Shown: positions 54,541 to 64,000 of the stretch, piece by piece | Numbering within the stretch: position 1 is the first letter of the stretch | Layout: each line of letters begins with the position of its first letter | Assembly: GCA_963844715.1 (NCBI GenBank) | Contig: CAWJPJ010000007.1 | Location: forward strand, 768,001-832,000 | Direction: 5' to 3' | DNA length: 64,000 nt | Source of the DNA: an uncultured Phycisphaerales bacterium | Lineage (GTDB): Bacteria; Planctomycetota; Phycisphaerae; Tepidisphaerales; Tepidisphaeraceae | Translations under genes and position numbers: made by a program | The notes under the pieces: model-generated | Told to the model about the DNA's origin: nothing | What the model saw: the letters and a program-made list of their open reading frames with translations, nothing else | The model's database searches: none

Positions 54541-55242
54541 TTAATTCGTCGCGAACGAGTAAGGCACATACCCGCCGGTGGCGTTATTCAGCACGACGTG
54601 GAAGGGTCCCGTCCACTTCGGCATGTTCACAAAATGATCGCCCGCCTCGGACTGGATCTCATTGCCGTTTTCGTCATACACGTGCCAGTCCACCATCCCC
54701 GGCTCGGCCGCGAAAACCGCCACTTCCATCGGCTCGCCGCCCGCGAAGGTGATCGTATACGTCACCGATCCGCCCGGGGGCAGCACATCGCGGTCCATGA
54801 TCGCTCCGCCCGGGTGCCCGCGGCTGGCCGGGATGCTCTTCTCGATATCCGCGATCGTCGCCAGCGCGTCCTTGTCGTTGCCCGCCATCTGCTTCGCCTC
54901 GGCGATCATCCCCGTCGGGCTCACATCCATCGCCCCTGGCTTCGCATCCGTATCGGCGCCGGTACCCTTGGCAACCTGCTTGCTGGGATTATCCATCGTC
55001 CGCGGCGGATCAGTCGCCATGATCCGCGCCGCCATCGCCAGCGCCACCGCGTCGTGATTCGACCGCGCCCACGCCGCCAGTTGCCCGGCGCACTGACACG
55101 TCTGCACGCTGGTGGGCTTATCCGACGGCGCCACAGGCTGATTCGATGTATTCGAACCCTTGTTATCGTCGGCAAAAGCCCGCCCCGCGACCAGCGACAA
55201 CGCCAGGGCCGCCAAAACCATCGTTCGATTGAGCCGCTTCAT
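54541..55242 (-). CDS. Secreted hypothetical protein (helical N-domain plus small beta-sandwich C-domain)
   Basis: AAGGAG RBS; signal peptide ending in AFA; VYDENGN and PKWTGPF motifs. Confidence 0.7.
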   Translation of the reverse strand: MKRLNRTMVLAALALSLVAGRAFADDNKGSNTSNQPVAPSDKPTSVQTCQCAGQLAAWARSNHDAVALAMAARIMATDPPRTMDNPSKQVAKGTGADTDAKPGAMDVSPTGMIAEAKQMAGNDKDALATIADIEKSIPASRGHPGGAIMDRDVLPPGGSVTYTITFAGGEPMEVAVFAAEPGMVDWHVYDENGNEIQSEAGDHFVNMPKWTGPFHVVLNNATGGYVPYSFATN

Positions 55243-55488
55243 GACCATCTCCTTGTTCTGAAATGTCCGTCCAGTTTAGCCGTGGACGAAATGCCGACCC
55301 CCGTCGCTTGTTCCCTTCGCCGCGCCGAGGAAAGTAAAGACACCCAGCGCAGCCAAAAGTTGCGAAACCTCCCCGGCCGCAACCCACCGGAACTTACAAC
55401 CACCTATTCCACAAAGAACTTAACGATTTCCGCTTATAGATCAACGGGAAATTTGGAGCCTACGCGCAGAAGGCTTATTCTCGATGGC

Positions 55489-55713
55489 ATGGCCTCCCCT
55501 CATGAAATTCGCCCGCTCGACGTCGTCGCGCTCACCGTGGACGTTCCGGACGAAGGCTTGGTTCGCGGGCAAGTCGGTACGGTAGTGGAAAACCTCGCTC
55601 CCGGCGTGTTTGAAGTCGAATTTTCCGACGATGAGGGCCGCACCTACGCGCAACTCGCGCTGAAGGACGACCAACTGTTGCTTCTGCACTACCAACCCCA
55701 ACAGGCCGCCTGA
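55489..55713 (+). CDS. DUF4926-like small protein
   Basis: LDVVALTVDVP..GLVRGQVGTVVE...FEVEFSD..GRTYA. Confidence 0.8.
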   Translation: MASPHEIRPLDVVALTVDVPDEGLVRGQVGTVVENLAPGVFEVEFSDDEGRTYAQLALKDDQLLLLHYQPQQAA

Positions 55714-56244
55714 TCACTTCCCCGGCTCCATCCGCTTCACGTAAAACTGCGATTCCGTGGCCCTTTGCCCAATGAAATGAAGATTCAGCGCATAGGCCAG
55801 TTTCGTCACCTTGAAGAACTCCCAAATCCGGTCCCCGTGCTTAAACTGGCGGTGCAGGTTCTCCTCGATCTGATCCGTCAATTCCGGTGGCACGATCCGC
55901 TGCCGGTCGTAATCCCATAGCGGGTCGATCCGCACCAGGAGCTGCGCCTCGTCCCAATCGATTGGATACCCGTGAATGTACCCATCGCCGGTCCGCGGCG
56001 TGTAAAACCAGAAGCAGATGAACCGGTCCTTCCAAACCGTGCTCGTCGCGTTGTCCGCCCCGGTGATCAGCCGGGCATGGCTGGTTCGAATCGCCTGCCC
56101 GTCCAGCGGTTTGCAGACCCACACCTTCCGATTCCGGCAATCGTAAACCCCCACGTGGGGGTACTTGCCGTTAAAACGGTCCGTGCAGAGCTTGGTGCTG
56201 ACGCGCGGTCCCTCCCCCGGATCGCGCTTGCTGAACTGAAACAT
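55714..56244 (-). CDS. Hypothetical protein
   Basis: 176-aa ORF with ordinary protein composition, downstream of sppA; family not recognised. Confidence 0.65.
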   Translation of the reverse strand: MFQFSKRDPGEGPRVSTKLCTDRFNGKYPHVGVYDCRNRKVWVCKPLDGQAIRTSHARLITGADNATSTVWKDRFICFWFYTPRTGDGYIHGYPIDWDEAQLLVRIDPLWDYDRQRIVPPELTDQIEENLHRQFKHGDRIWEFFKVTKLAYALNLHFIGQRATESQFYVKRMEPGK

Positions 56245-56303
56245 TCATTTCCCTTGCGGCGGTTCACCAATCAGGATACGCGCGCAAAGGCAAAACGCCA
56301 AAC

Positions 56304-58251
56304 TCACCGCACCACCAGCGTGAACGGAGAAGCAAGAATCACCGGCCGCTGTTGCAGAAGCATGAGGATTTGCAATTGTTCCCCAACCGAATGCCGCAGC
56401 GGCGCGGGGAGGCGCCGCCAGGAATGCCGTTAATTCAGTCGGAGCGTTCAAGCTGATTTTCGGCCGGATCGGCAGGATCGAATCCGAGTCGTCATCCGAT
56501 GCCGAATCCGCATCCTGGTTGAACATGTCCGCCAAAGTCCGGGGCGGCGGCAGGACGCGAACGTCGTATTCGCCCGGCCGCAGATCGGTCTGCGCCGCCG
56601 CGTATGCCACCGCGCTCTCGACGCCGCCGATTTCGTCCACCATCCCAAGATCTTTCGCTTCCTTTGCCGAGAAGATCCGCCCGCGCGCCACCGCATCGAT
56701 GTCCTTGATCTTCCCGCTTCGTGTGGTCATCACCCGCTGCGTGAACTGGTCGTACGTCTGCTTCATCCAGCTCGTGACTTGCGCGCGCTGCTGATCGTCC
56801 CATTCCGCCGATTCGCTGAACAGGTCGGCGTTCTTGCCGCGCAGGAAAGATTCCGAGTTCAATCCCAGCTTCGTGAACAGGTCTTTCAGGACGAATTTTC
56901 CGCCCACCACGCCGATCGATCCGACGATCGCGGTCGGATCGGCAAAGATATAGTCGCCGCTCGAGGCCAGGTAATACCCGCCGCTTGCCGCCATCGACCC
57001 GACCGAAACGATCACCGGCTTTTCTTTCGCCAGCTCGCGCACCGATTGCCACATCACTTCGCTGGCCAATGCGCTTCCGCCCGGCGAATCGATGCGAATC
57101 ACCACCGCCTTGGTCTTGTCATCGCGCCGCGCTTCGCGCACCGCCTCGCGAAAATCCTCCGACCCGATATTGTCATCCTGGCTCATGATCCCCTGATCCG
57201 CCGTCCCGTCCACGATCACGCCCTCGGCGTAGATCACCGCCACGCAATCGCGCGTCGGCTCGGTCGGCTTGCGCGACAGCAGCGAGAAAATCGCAAACGG
57301 ACTCGACAGATCCACTTGCTCGCGCGCGTTTTCGCCGTAGTGGTGCAGCAGCTCCACCTTCTGCCCCATCGCGTCGGCCATCAGATCCCGCAATCCGTCC
57401 ATCTCAACCAGATGATCGACCAGCCCATGCTGCTTAGCCTGCGGACCGGGGATCATCGCCTGATCCACAAGCTGCTGCACATCGGACGCCGGAAGTTTCC
57501 GCCCCGTGGCGATCGCGTCCACGATCTGCGCATAAAGCGAGTCGGCCAGCTTATTCAATTGACCCGAAAGCTCCGGGCTCGCGTCCGTGCGCGTGTATTC
57601 TTCGTCCGCTCCTTTGTATTCCCCGATCTGAACGTAGTCCGCCTTCACCCCGACTTTATCCAAGAGCCCCTTGGCGAACATGGTTTCAAACCCCACCCCC
57701 GGCACCATGATCTCGCCGCCCTCCATCATGCAAACATCCGTCGCCCCCGACGCCGCGACGTACGCATCGGTGTCATATTCATCCGCATAGACGAACGACC
57801 GCTTCCCCTCCCGCGCCAGCGCCTGCAATTCGCTGCGCAACTCCATCGCCTGCGAAAGATTCAGCCCCGAGTCCCCGATGGTGATCAGAACCGCCTTGAT
57901 CCCCTTGTCCTGCCGCGCTTGCTCGAGCCGGTCGATCAGCACCCGGAGCGTAAGCCCCGAATCGGTCTCCCCGAACAGCGTAAAATCCGCCGGCTTTTCC
58001 GATACCGGCTCCGTCAGGTCAAAATACGCCACGCGCGGAACCGCCTGTTCCTGCACGCGCCGCGACTTCATCCGCGCGATCAGTTCCGCGGGGGTCGGGA
58101 ATTTCCCGCTCGGCTGCGTTGTCGCCGACTCGTCCGCCGGACGCGTCGACGATCCCGACGACATTTCCGCCGGGCATATCCGCGCTGTCTCAAGAACAAC
58201 CAATCCGCCCAGCGCGAGCATCGCCAGCGCCGCCGCAAAACTTCGCATCAT
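56304..58251 (-). CDS. sppA: Signal peptide peptidase SppA, long form (frameshift near 56410)
   Basis: GEYKGA.E, RIDSPGGSALAS, AASGGYY, GSIGV and ARGRIF. Confidence 0.9.
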
Positions 58252-58472
58252 AAAACAGTCTCCCGCGTGGTCCCTTTTCCCTCGTCCTCTACTATAAGCC
58301 GTCCGTCGGCAATGGTTCAAACTAAAATCCCTCCCCGCCCCAAATATCGACCGTTTCCGAAACGGCCGCCGAATCAGAAATTCATACTGGAGGGAATTTG
58401 CCGCAATTGACGCCCACAGCATCACTTCTATAATGCCGCCACGGCATCGGATGCATCGGAAGGAGCGGGCCA

Positions 58473-61373
58473 TTGCATGGGACCAGGGCGGGTCTAGCAG
58501 GGGTGATGGTAGCGCTATGGCTCGGGTGGACGTCCTGTCTCTACGGCCAAACCGCCGGCGTCAGTGAAAAACTCCTGATCGATTCCACCACCGCCGCCGC
58601 CTGGCCTTCAGGCTCAACCAACATTCTCCAGCTCCAGGGCCCCGTCAAGATCACGATGGACAACATGGTCCTCCGCGCCGACAGCGCGGTCGTCTGGCTC
58701 TCCCCCAGCCCGGAGCGACTCCTCGGCGAGCAACAGGCCGACATCGTGCTCATCGGCAACGCCTCCCTCGCCAGCCGCGAAAATAACGTCACCCGCACCG
58801 CGCCCCGGCTCATCGTCAGCGCCGTCGTCCGCGGCATCCTCCGCCTCACCGCCCAGCGCTGCGACAACATTGACGAATCCGATACCGATCTCTTCAAGCA
58901 AGCCCAGAACATCCGCCAATTGGGCGCCGCCGCCGAGGATATCACCCAGCCCCCGCCCCCTCTCCCCGCGCCCACCACAAAACCTTCGGGACCGCAAATT
59001 CCCTCGATAATTCCCCCAAGCACCTCAAACACTGGCTACGTCGATTTGCACGCCGGCTTGGGCCAGCAGTTGGTCCTTGCCGATGACAGCGTCGTCATCG
59101 TCGTCAGTGGGGGGGTATCGCTTACGCAAACCAAGCCCAACGGTGATTTTCTTGAGCTGCTCTCCGAGCGCGGCGTCATCTTCACCAGCCTCAAAGGCGA
59201 GGATCTCAAAAGCGGCGTGAAGTCCACCGACCTGGGAAGCAAAATCACGGCTGCCTATCTTGAAGGCGACGTCCGCATCAATCTCACCCCCGTCGGGTTC
59301 CGCAAAGTCGAGCAGCGCTTCACCGCCGATCGCGTCTATTACGAATTTGCCGACGACCGCGCCGTCCTGACCAACGTGGTCATGCATACCATCGACCCGC
59401 GCACGCAAATCCCCATCATCATCCGCGCCGAAACGATGCATCAGCTCGCCCAGGGCGAGTACACGGCCCAGAAGGGCGTGATGACCACCAGTTCCTTCGC
59501 CATCCCCACGGTCAGCGTCCGCGCCAGCGACATATACGTTCACCAGGTTCCCGGCTACGAGGGAGACGTCAACAACGATTTCACCGCGAAGGACGCCACG
59601 CTCAATCTCTTCGGCCTCCCCGTCTTTTACATGCCCGAAGTCGCCGGCACCGTCAGCAACGACCCCTACCCGCTGCGCAATCTCTCCACCAGCAACACCC
59701 AGCGCTACGGGTTCGGCGTCACCTCGCAATGGGGGCTATTCGAATCGCTCGGCCGCCGGCCCCCGCAGGATCTCGACGTCTCCTATCGCCTCGACAATTT
59801 CTCCGAACGCGGTCCGGGCGGCGGCGTGGACGCCAATTACCAGGGCGGGTTCGTCGATGAAACCACCCTCCAACCCTGGGATTTCCAGGGCAATTTCACG
59901 AGCTATTTCATAGATGACCGCGGCATCGACAGCCTCGGCGGCGCTCGCGCCGACGTCCAGCCTCCCACCGACGACCGCGGCAGAATCCTCTGGCAGCACG
60001 AACATTTCTTCCCCGACGATTGGCAGGTCCAGATCCGCGCCGGTTACGTCTCCGATCCCACGTTCATGGAAGAATACTATCAGTCCGACTTCGACGACGG
60101 ACTCCCTTACGACCTCTCCTTCTACGTCAAACACCAGCAAGACGATGAAGCTCTTACCTTCCTCGGCGAAACCGACACCACCAATTTCGTCACCAACGCC
60201 GCGCAGCAGCCCGAGCAATATGACATTCAGCGAACCCCCGAGATCGGCTACCGCCGCATCGGCGACAGTATCTTCGACGATCAGGCGACCTTCTTCAGCC
60301 AGACCACTGGCTCGGGTCTGCGTTACGAACAAAGCCACGCCTCTCTCGAAGACCAGGGGTTCTATCCAGGCCTCTCTCCGGGTCTCCCCTCCTCCGGCTT
60401 CACCGGCACGACCGGCGGCACCGTTTGGCGCGGCGACACCCGTCAGGAAATCGACTGGCCCCTCGCCCTCGGCCAGGTCAAGATCGTCCCCTACGTCCTC
60501 GAACGCATCACTTCCTACAGCGACAGCCCCGGCGGGGACCCCCAAACCCGCCTCTATAGCGGCGGCGGTCTTCGCATGACCACCTCCTTCTGGAAAGTCG
60601 ACGACTCCGCTCAATCTGATCTTCTCGATATCCACCGGCTCAGAACCGTGATCGAACCGGAGGTGAATCTCTACGGTTCCGGAAGCACGGTCGACGATAG
60701 CCGCCTTTTTATCTACGACCCCGATGTCGACCAGATCAGCGACATCCAGGCCGCCCAACTCGCCTGGCATGAGCGCTGGCAAACCATGCGCGGCGGCCCC
60801 GACGGTTGGCGCAGCGTCGATTTATTGGAACTCAACGTCGAGGGAGATTTCTTCGCCAACGAGCCCCCGCCCGATATCCTCGACCCCGCCCAATTTCGCG
60901 GACTCTTCTTCCCCTCGGCTCCGGAAACTTCGGTTCCGCGCCAAGGCATCAACACCGACGCCACCTGGCACATCAGCGACACCACCAGCCTCCTTGCCGA
61001 CGACTCCTGGAGCCTCGACGGGCACGAACTTGCCACCGCCTCGGCAGGCATCGCCGTCTATCGCGATGAACATCTCTCTTATTATCTGGACGATCGTTAC
61101 GTCCAGATCCTCCACTCCCAGGTCATCAGCTTCTCCGCCAATTACGAACTGACCCGAAAATACACCGTCCAGGTCGGACAAAGCTTTAACTTCGGCGACA
61201 CCAGCGACATCAACTCCGTTCTCACCCTCATCCGCCAATTCGATTCCTTTTCTGTCGCCGTGACCGTCTTTCATGATGCCATCACCAATCAAAGCGGCTT
61301 CAACGTGAATCTCATCCCCATCGGCTTCCCCGGCCCCCAAGGCGGCCTCGTCGGGTTCCTTCAACCTCAGTGA
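58473..61373 (+). CDS. LptD/OstA-like outer-membrane beta-barrel protein
   Basis: Signal peptide; YLEGDV, ADRVYY and PVFY.P in the N-domain; YVSD..F.EEY and beta-strand-rich C-terminal half. Confidence 0.7.
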   Translation: MHGTRAGLAGVMVALWLGWTSCLYGQTAGVSEKLLIDSTTAAAWPSGSTNILQLQGPVKITMDNMVLRADSAVVWLSPSPERLLGEQQADIVLIGNASLASRENNVTRTAPRLIVSAVVRGILRLTAQRCDNIDESDTDLFKQAQNIRQLGAAAEDITQPPPPLPAPTTKPSGPQIPSIIPPSTSNTGYVDLHAGLGQQLVLADDSVVIVVSGGVSLTQTKPNGDFLELLSERGVIFTSLKGEDLKSGVKSTDLGSKITAAYLEGDVRINLTPVGFRKVEQRFTADRVYYEFADDRAVLTNVVMHTIDPRTQIPIIIRAETMHQLAQGEYTAQKGVMTTSSFAIPTVSVRASDIYVHQVPGYEGDVNNDFTAKDATLNLFGLPVFYMPEVAGTVSNDPYPLRNLSTSNTQRYGFGVTSQWGLFESLGRRPPQDLDVSYRLDNFSERGPGGGVDANYQGGFVDETTLQPWDFQGNFTSYFIDDRGIDSLGGARADVQPPTDDRGRILWQHEHFFPDDWQVQIRAGYVSDPTFMEEYYQSDFDDGLPYDLSFYVKHQQDDEALTFLGETDTTNFVTNAAQQPEQYDIQRTPEIGYRRIGDSIFDDQATFFSQTTGSGLRYEQSHASLEDQGFYPGLSPGLPSSGFTGTTGGTVWRGDTRQEIDWPLALGQVKIVPYVLERITSYSDSPGGDPQTRLYSGGGLRMTTSFWKVDDSAQSDLLDIHRLRTVIEPEVNLYGSGSTVDDSRLFIYDPDVDQISDIQAAQLAWHERWQTMRGGPDGWRSVDLLELNVEGDFFANEPPPDILDPAQFRGLFFPSAPETSVPRQGINTDATWHISDTTSLLADDSWSLDGHELATASAGIAVYRDEHLSYYLDDRYVQILHSQVISFSANYELTRKYTVQVGQSFNFGDTSDINSVLTLIRQFDSFSVAVTVFHDAITNQSGFNVNLIPIGFPGPQGGLVGFLQPQ

Positions 61374-61450
61374 GTGCTCATAATTTTTTCCTTGTCATTC
61401 CTATCTTTGTCTGGCAAGTCCAAAGCCCTCCCTGTACGATAATAAATAGC

Positions 61451-62872
61451 ATGGATGCGACGTTAGTTTCAGGTCGAAAGGATTCGGCTGCGAGCCTTTT
61501 TCGCGGGAAACGCGTCCATTTTATCGGCGTTGGCGGCACCGGCATGACCGGACTGGCCCACATGCTCATCGATGCCGGCGCCCTCGTTACCGGCTCTGAA
61601 CCCAAACTTAACGCCCAAACCGCCGATCTCATGCGCCTGGGCGCAAAAATTTCCCCTCGTCAGACCGGCGAACTTCTCGACCGCGGCCTCGACATCGTTG
61701 TCCGCAGCGCCGCCGTCTCCGACGATAACCGCGAATTCACCCTCGCCCGGCAACTCGGCATCCGAACCGTCAAATACGCCCAGCTTCTCGGCATGATCAT
61801 GGGCGAACGCCTCGGCGTCGCCGTCTCCGGGACCCACGGCAAATCCACCACCACCGCCATGATCAGTTTCGCGCTCCTCGAATGCGGGCTCGACCCCAGC
61901 TTCGTCGTCGGCGGAACCGTCCCCCAACTCGGCGGGAGCAGCCGCTGCGGGCAGGGGCAAATCTTCGTGGCCGAAGCCTGCGAATACGACCGCAGCTTCC
62001 ACAATCTGCATCCGCGCATCGCCGTCATCACCAACATCGAGGCCGATCACCTCGACTTTTACAAAAATATCGACGAGATCGTGGCCAGCTTCTGCGCCTT
62101 CGCCAAACTCGTCCCCCCGTTTGGCATGGTCATCGCCGGCGGCGACGACGACCGCGTCACCGAAGCCCTCCAGGGCATCTCCGCACCCGTCCAGCGCGCC
62201 GCGCTGGCGGCACTCCCCGGAAAGCTCGATTGGGCGACCCGCATCGTCGGCATCGCCGACGGGTGCTATCGCGGCGAAGTTCTCCGCCTCGGCAAAGTCG
62301 TCGGTGAACTGAAACTCTCCATCGCCGGACGCCACAATCTCATCAACGCCACCCTCGCCACCGCCGCCTGCGCCGCCTGCGGCCTCGATCCCGCCGAAGC
62401 CATCGCCGCGCTCAACCGCTTCACCGGCGTCGATCGCCGCATGAGCCTCGTCGGCCGCCACAACGGCGCCACCATCGTCGATGACTACGGCCATCACCCC
62501 ACGGAAATCCGCGCCACCCTCAAGGCCCTGCGCGAGCGCTTCTCGCCCCGGCGGCTCTTCTGCGTCTTCCAGCCGCACCAGCACAGCCGCACGCGATTCC
62601 TCCTCGACGAATTTGCCGGCAGCTTCGAACTCGCCGATGAAACCATCATTCCGGAAATATATTCCGTCCGCGACAGCGAAGCCGAGCGGCAGCGAATCAG
62701 CTCCGCCGATCTCGTCGAACGAATAAAATCTCGCGGCCGAGAGGCAAAATACCTTTCCGAATTCCCCGCGATCGTGGATTATCTCGATAAAGCCGCCGGA
62801 CCAGGCGATCTCATCGTCACCATGGGCGCGGGAAATGTTTGGGAAATCGGCCGACAGCTCAATTCCGGGTGA
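61451..62872 (+). CDS. murC: UDP-N-acetylmuramate--L-alanine ligase
   Basis: HFIGVGGTGM, GTHGKSTTT, EACEYDRSF, DDYGHHPTEI and FQPH.HSRT. Confidence 0.95.
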   Translation: MDATLVSGRKDSAASLFRGKRVHFIGVGGTGMTGLAHMLIDAGALVTGSEPKLNAQTADLMRLGAKISPRQTGELLDRGLDIVVRSAAVSDDNREFTLARQLGIRTVKYAQLLGMIMGERLGVAVSGTHGKSTTTAMISFALLECGLDPSFVVGGTVPQLGGSSRCGQGQIFVAEACEYDRSFHNLHPRIAVITNIEADHLDFYKNIDEIVASFCAFAKLVPPFGMVIAGGDDDRVTEALQGISAPVQRAALAALPGKLDWATRIVGIADGCYRGEVLRLGKVVGELKLSIAGRHNLINATLATAACAACGLDPAEAIAALNRFTGVDRRMSLVGRHNGATIVDDYGHHPTEIRATLKALRERFSPRRLFCVFQPHQHSRTRFLLDEFAGSFELADETIIPEIYSVRDSEAERQRISSADLVERIKSRGREAKYLSEFPAIVDYLDKAAGPGDLIVTMGAGNVWEIGRQLNSG

Positions 62873-62958
62873 TCGCTTCATCCGTTATTGTCGAAAAATA
62901 ACTTGAAATGCCGCGCACTGCGCCGAAACCAACCGGCAGGTCGAGAGTGAAGTGAGTT

Positions 62959-63852
62959 ATGTTGAAGCTATCCAGTCCGTTTTCCGGTCTTGAAGACGTC
63001 GTCGAAGAAAATGCCCCCCTGGCGCGCTATACCTGGTATCGCATCGGCGGTCCGGCGCGCTGGCTCATCCGCCCCCAATCCCTCGAGCAACTTCAGGAAG
63101 CCGCCCGCCGCTGCGCCGAATCCCAGATCCGAACCTTTATCCTCGGCCTGGGCGCCAATCTGCTGGTCGACGATGGCGGCGTCGACGGCGCCGTCTTCCG
63201 TCTCGACGCCGATTACTGGCGCCGCGTCCAGTTCAACGGCAATCTCGTCGAAGTCGCCGCGGGCGCCGATATGCAGCGCCTGCTGCTCAGAACCGTCCGT
63301 CAGGGCCTGGCCGGCATCGAATGCCTCGCCGGAATCCCCGGCACCGTCGGGGGCGGCATCCGCATGAACGCCGGAGGAAAATTCGGAGACATCGGCTCCA
63401 TCGTCTCCAGCGTCCAGGTCATGGACGCAGAGGGAAACCTATTCGAGCGCCACAAGGACGATCTCGTCTTCGACTATCGTTCAACCAACATCTCCGCCCC
63501 CTTTATCCTCAGCGCCGTCCTCGATCTTCAGGAGGACGATCCCGACCGCATCATGCGCAAGACCAAGGAAATCTGGATGTACAAGCGCAACACCCAGCCC
63601 CTCAACACCAAAAACGCCGGCTGCATCTTCAAAAACCCGCGCGGCCTCAGCGCCGGCGCTCTCATCGACCAGGCGGGACTCAAGGGCCTCCGCATCGGCG
63701 GCGCCGAAATCAGCGCCAAGCACGCCAATTTCGTCATTGCCCACCCCGGCTGCTGCGCCGAGGATGTTCTCTCGATCGTCAAAATCATTCGCGAAAAAGT
63801 CTTCGAGAAAAACCAAATCCATCTGGAAAGCGAAATCCAGATGTGGCCCTGA
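62959..63852 (+). CDS. murB: UDP-N-acetylenolpyruvoylglucosamine reductase
   Basis: RIGGPA, GIPGTVGG.IRMNAG, GCIFKNP and KHANF. Confidence 0.96.
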   Translation: MLKLSSPFSGLEDVVEENAPLARYTWYRIGGPARWLIRPQSLEQLQEAARRCAESQIRTFILGLGANLLVDDGGVDGAVFRLDADYWRRVQFNGNLVEVAAGADMQRLLLRTVRQGLAGIECLAGIPGTVGGGIRMNAGGKFGDIGSIVSSVQVMDAEGNLFERHKDDLVFDYRSTNISAPFILSAVLDLQEDDPDRIMRKTKEIWMYKRNTQPLNTKNAGCIFKNPRGLSAGALIDQAGLKGLRIGGAEISAKHANFVIAHPGCCAEDVLSIVKIIREKVFEKNQIHLESEIQMWP

Positions 63853-63861
63853 GGACGGCTC

Positions 63862-64000
63862 ATGCGCATCACCGTCCTATATGGCGGACCGAGTGCCGAG
63901 CGGGAAGTCAGTCTCGTCAGCGGCCAGGCCGTCATCGACGCCCTCCGCCAGATGGGCCACGACGTTTTCCCCAGCGACATCTCCCCGGGCGATCTCTCCG
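63862..64000 (+). CDS. ddl: D-alanine--D-alanine ligase (5' part, runs off the window)
   Basis: [21 protein letters not shown]. Confidence 0.9.
   Translation, partial: MRITVLYGGPSAEREVSLVSGQAVIDALRQMGHDVFPSDISPGDLS

Noticed and set aside
61451..64000. Peptidoglycan genes in a probable planctomycete as a novelty
   Set aside because: Peptidoglycan and mur genes are already established in Planctomycetota

Overview
High-GC chromosomal window, most consistent with a Planctomycetota (Phycisphaerae/Tepidisphaerales-like) long-read assembly; this is inferred from gene content such as CxxCGYDLR..CPECG membrane proteins and a planctomycete-type LptD-like protein next to murC-murB-ddl. About 30 apparent single-base frameshifts break otherwise intact genes (smc, metK, pgi, lgt, glf, sppA and others) and are probably sequencing errors. 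The backbone is housekeeping: smc, msrA, lpxI, chdC, metK, hypA/hypB, lgt, panD, panC, proA, dsbD, rpsA, a sigma-70 factor, glf, pyrK/pyrD, mutT, pgi, sppA, murC/murB/ddl and tRNA-Val(GAC). Small accessory units are scattered through it: several toxin-antitoxin-like pairs, an Mrr/GNAT/HTH islet, an IS5 element abutting a MITE, and many dispersed hairpins built from short tandem units. Best leads: (1) a family of 7-mer-unit palindromic elements, one apparently inserted in frame in a lipoprotein signal peptide; (2) an MNT-HEPN module flanked by a 37-bp duplication of the panC 3' end; (3) a consensus promoter, ~85-nt leader and terminator upstream of pyrK-ABM-pyrD; (4) a likely hopanoid C-3 methylase HpnR; (5) an RHH plus retropepsin two-gene module; (6) a skew-inverted pair of terminase-small-subunit-like HTH genes. 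No CRISPR array or rRNA gene was seen. All family assignments come from motif recognition by eye; no searches were run.
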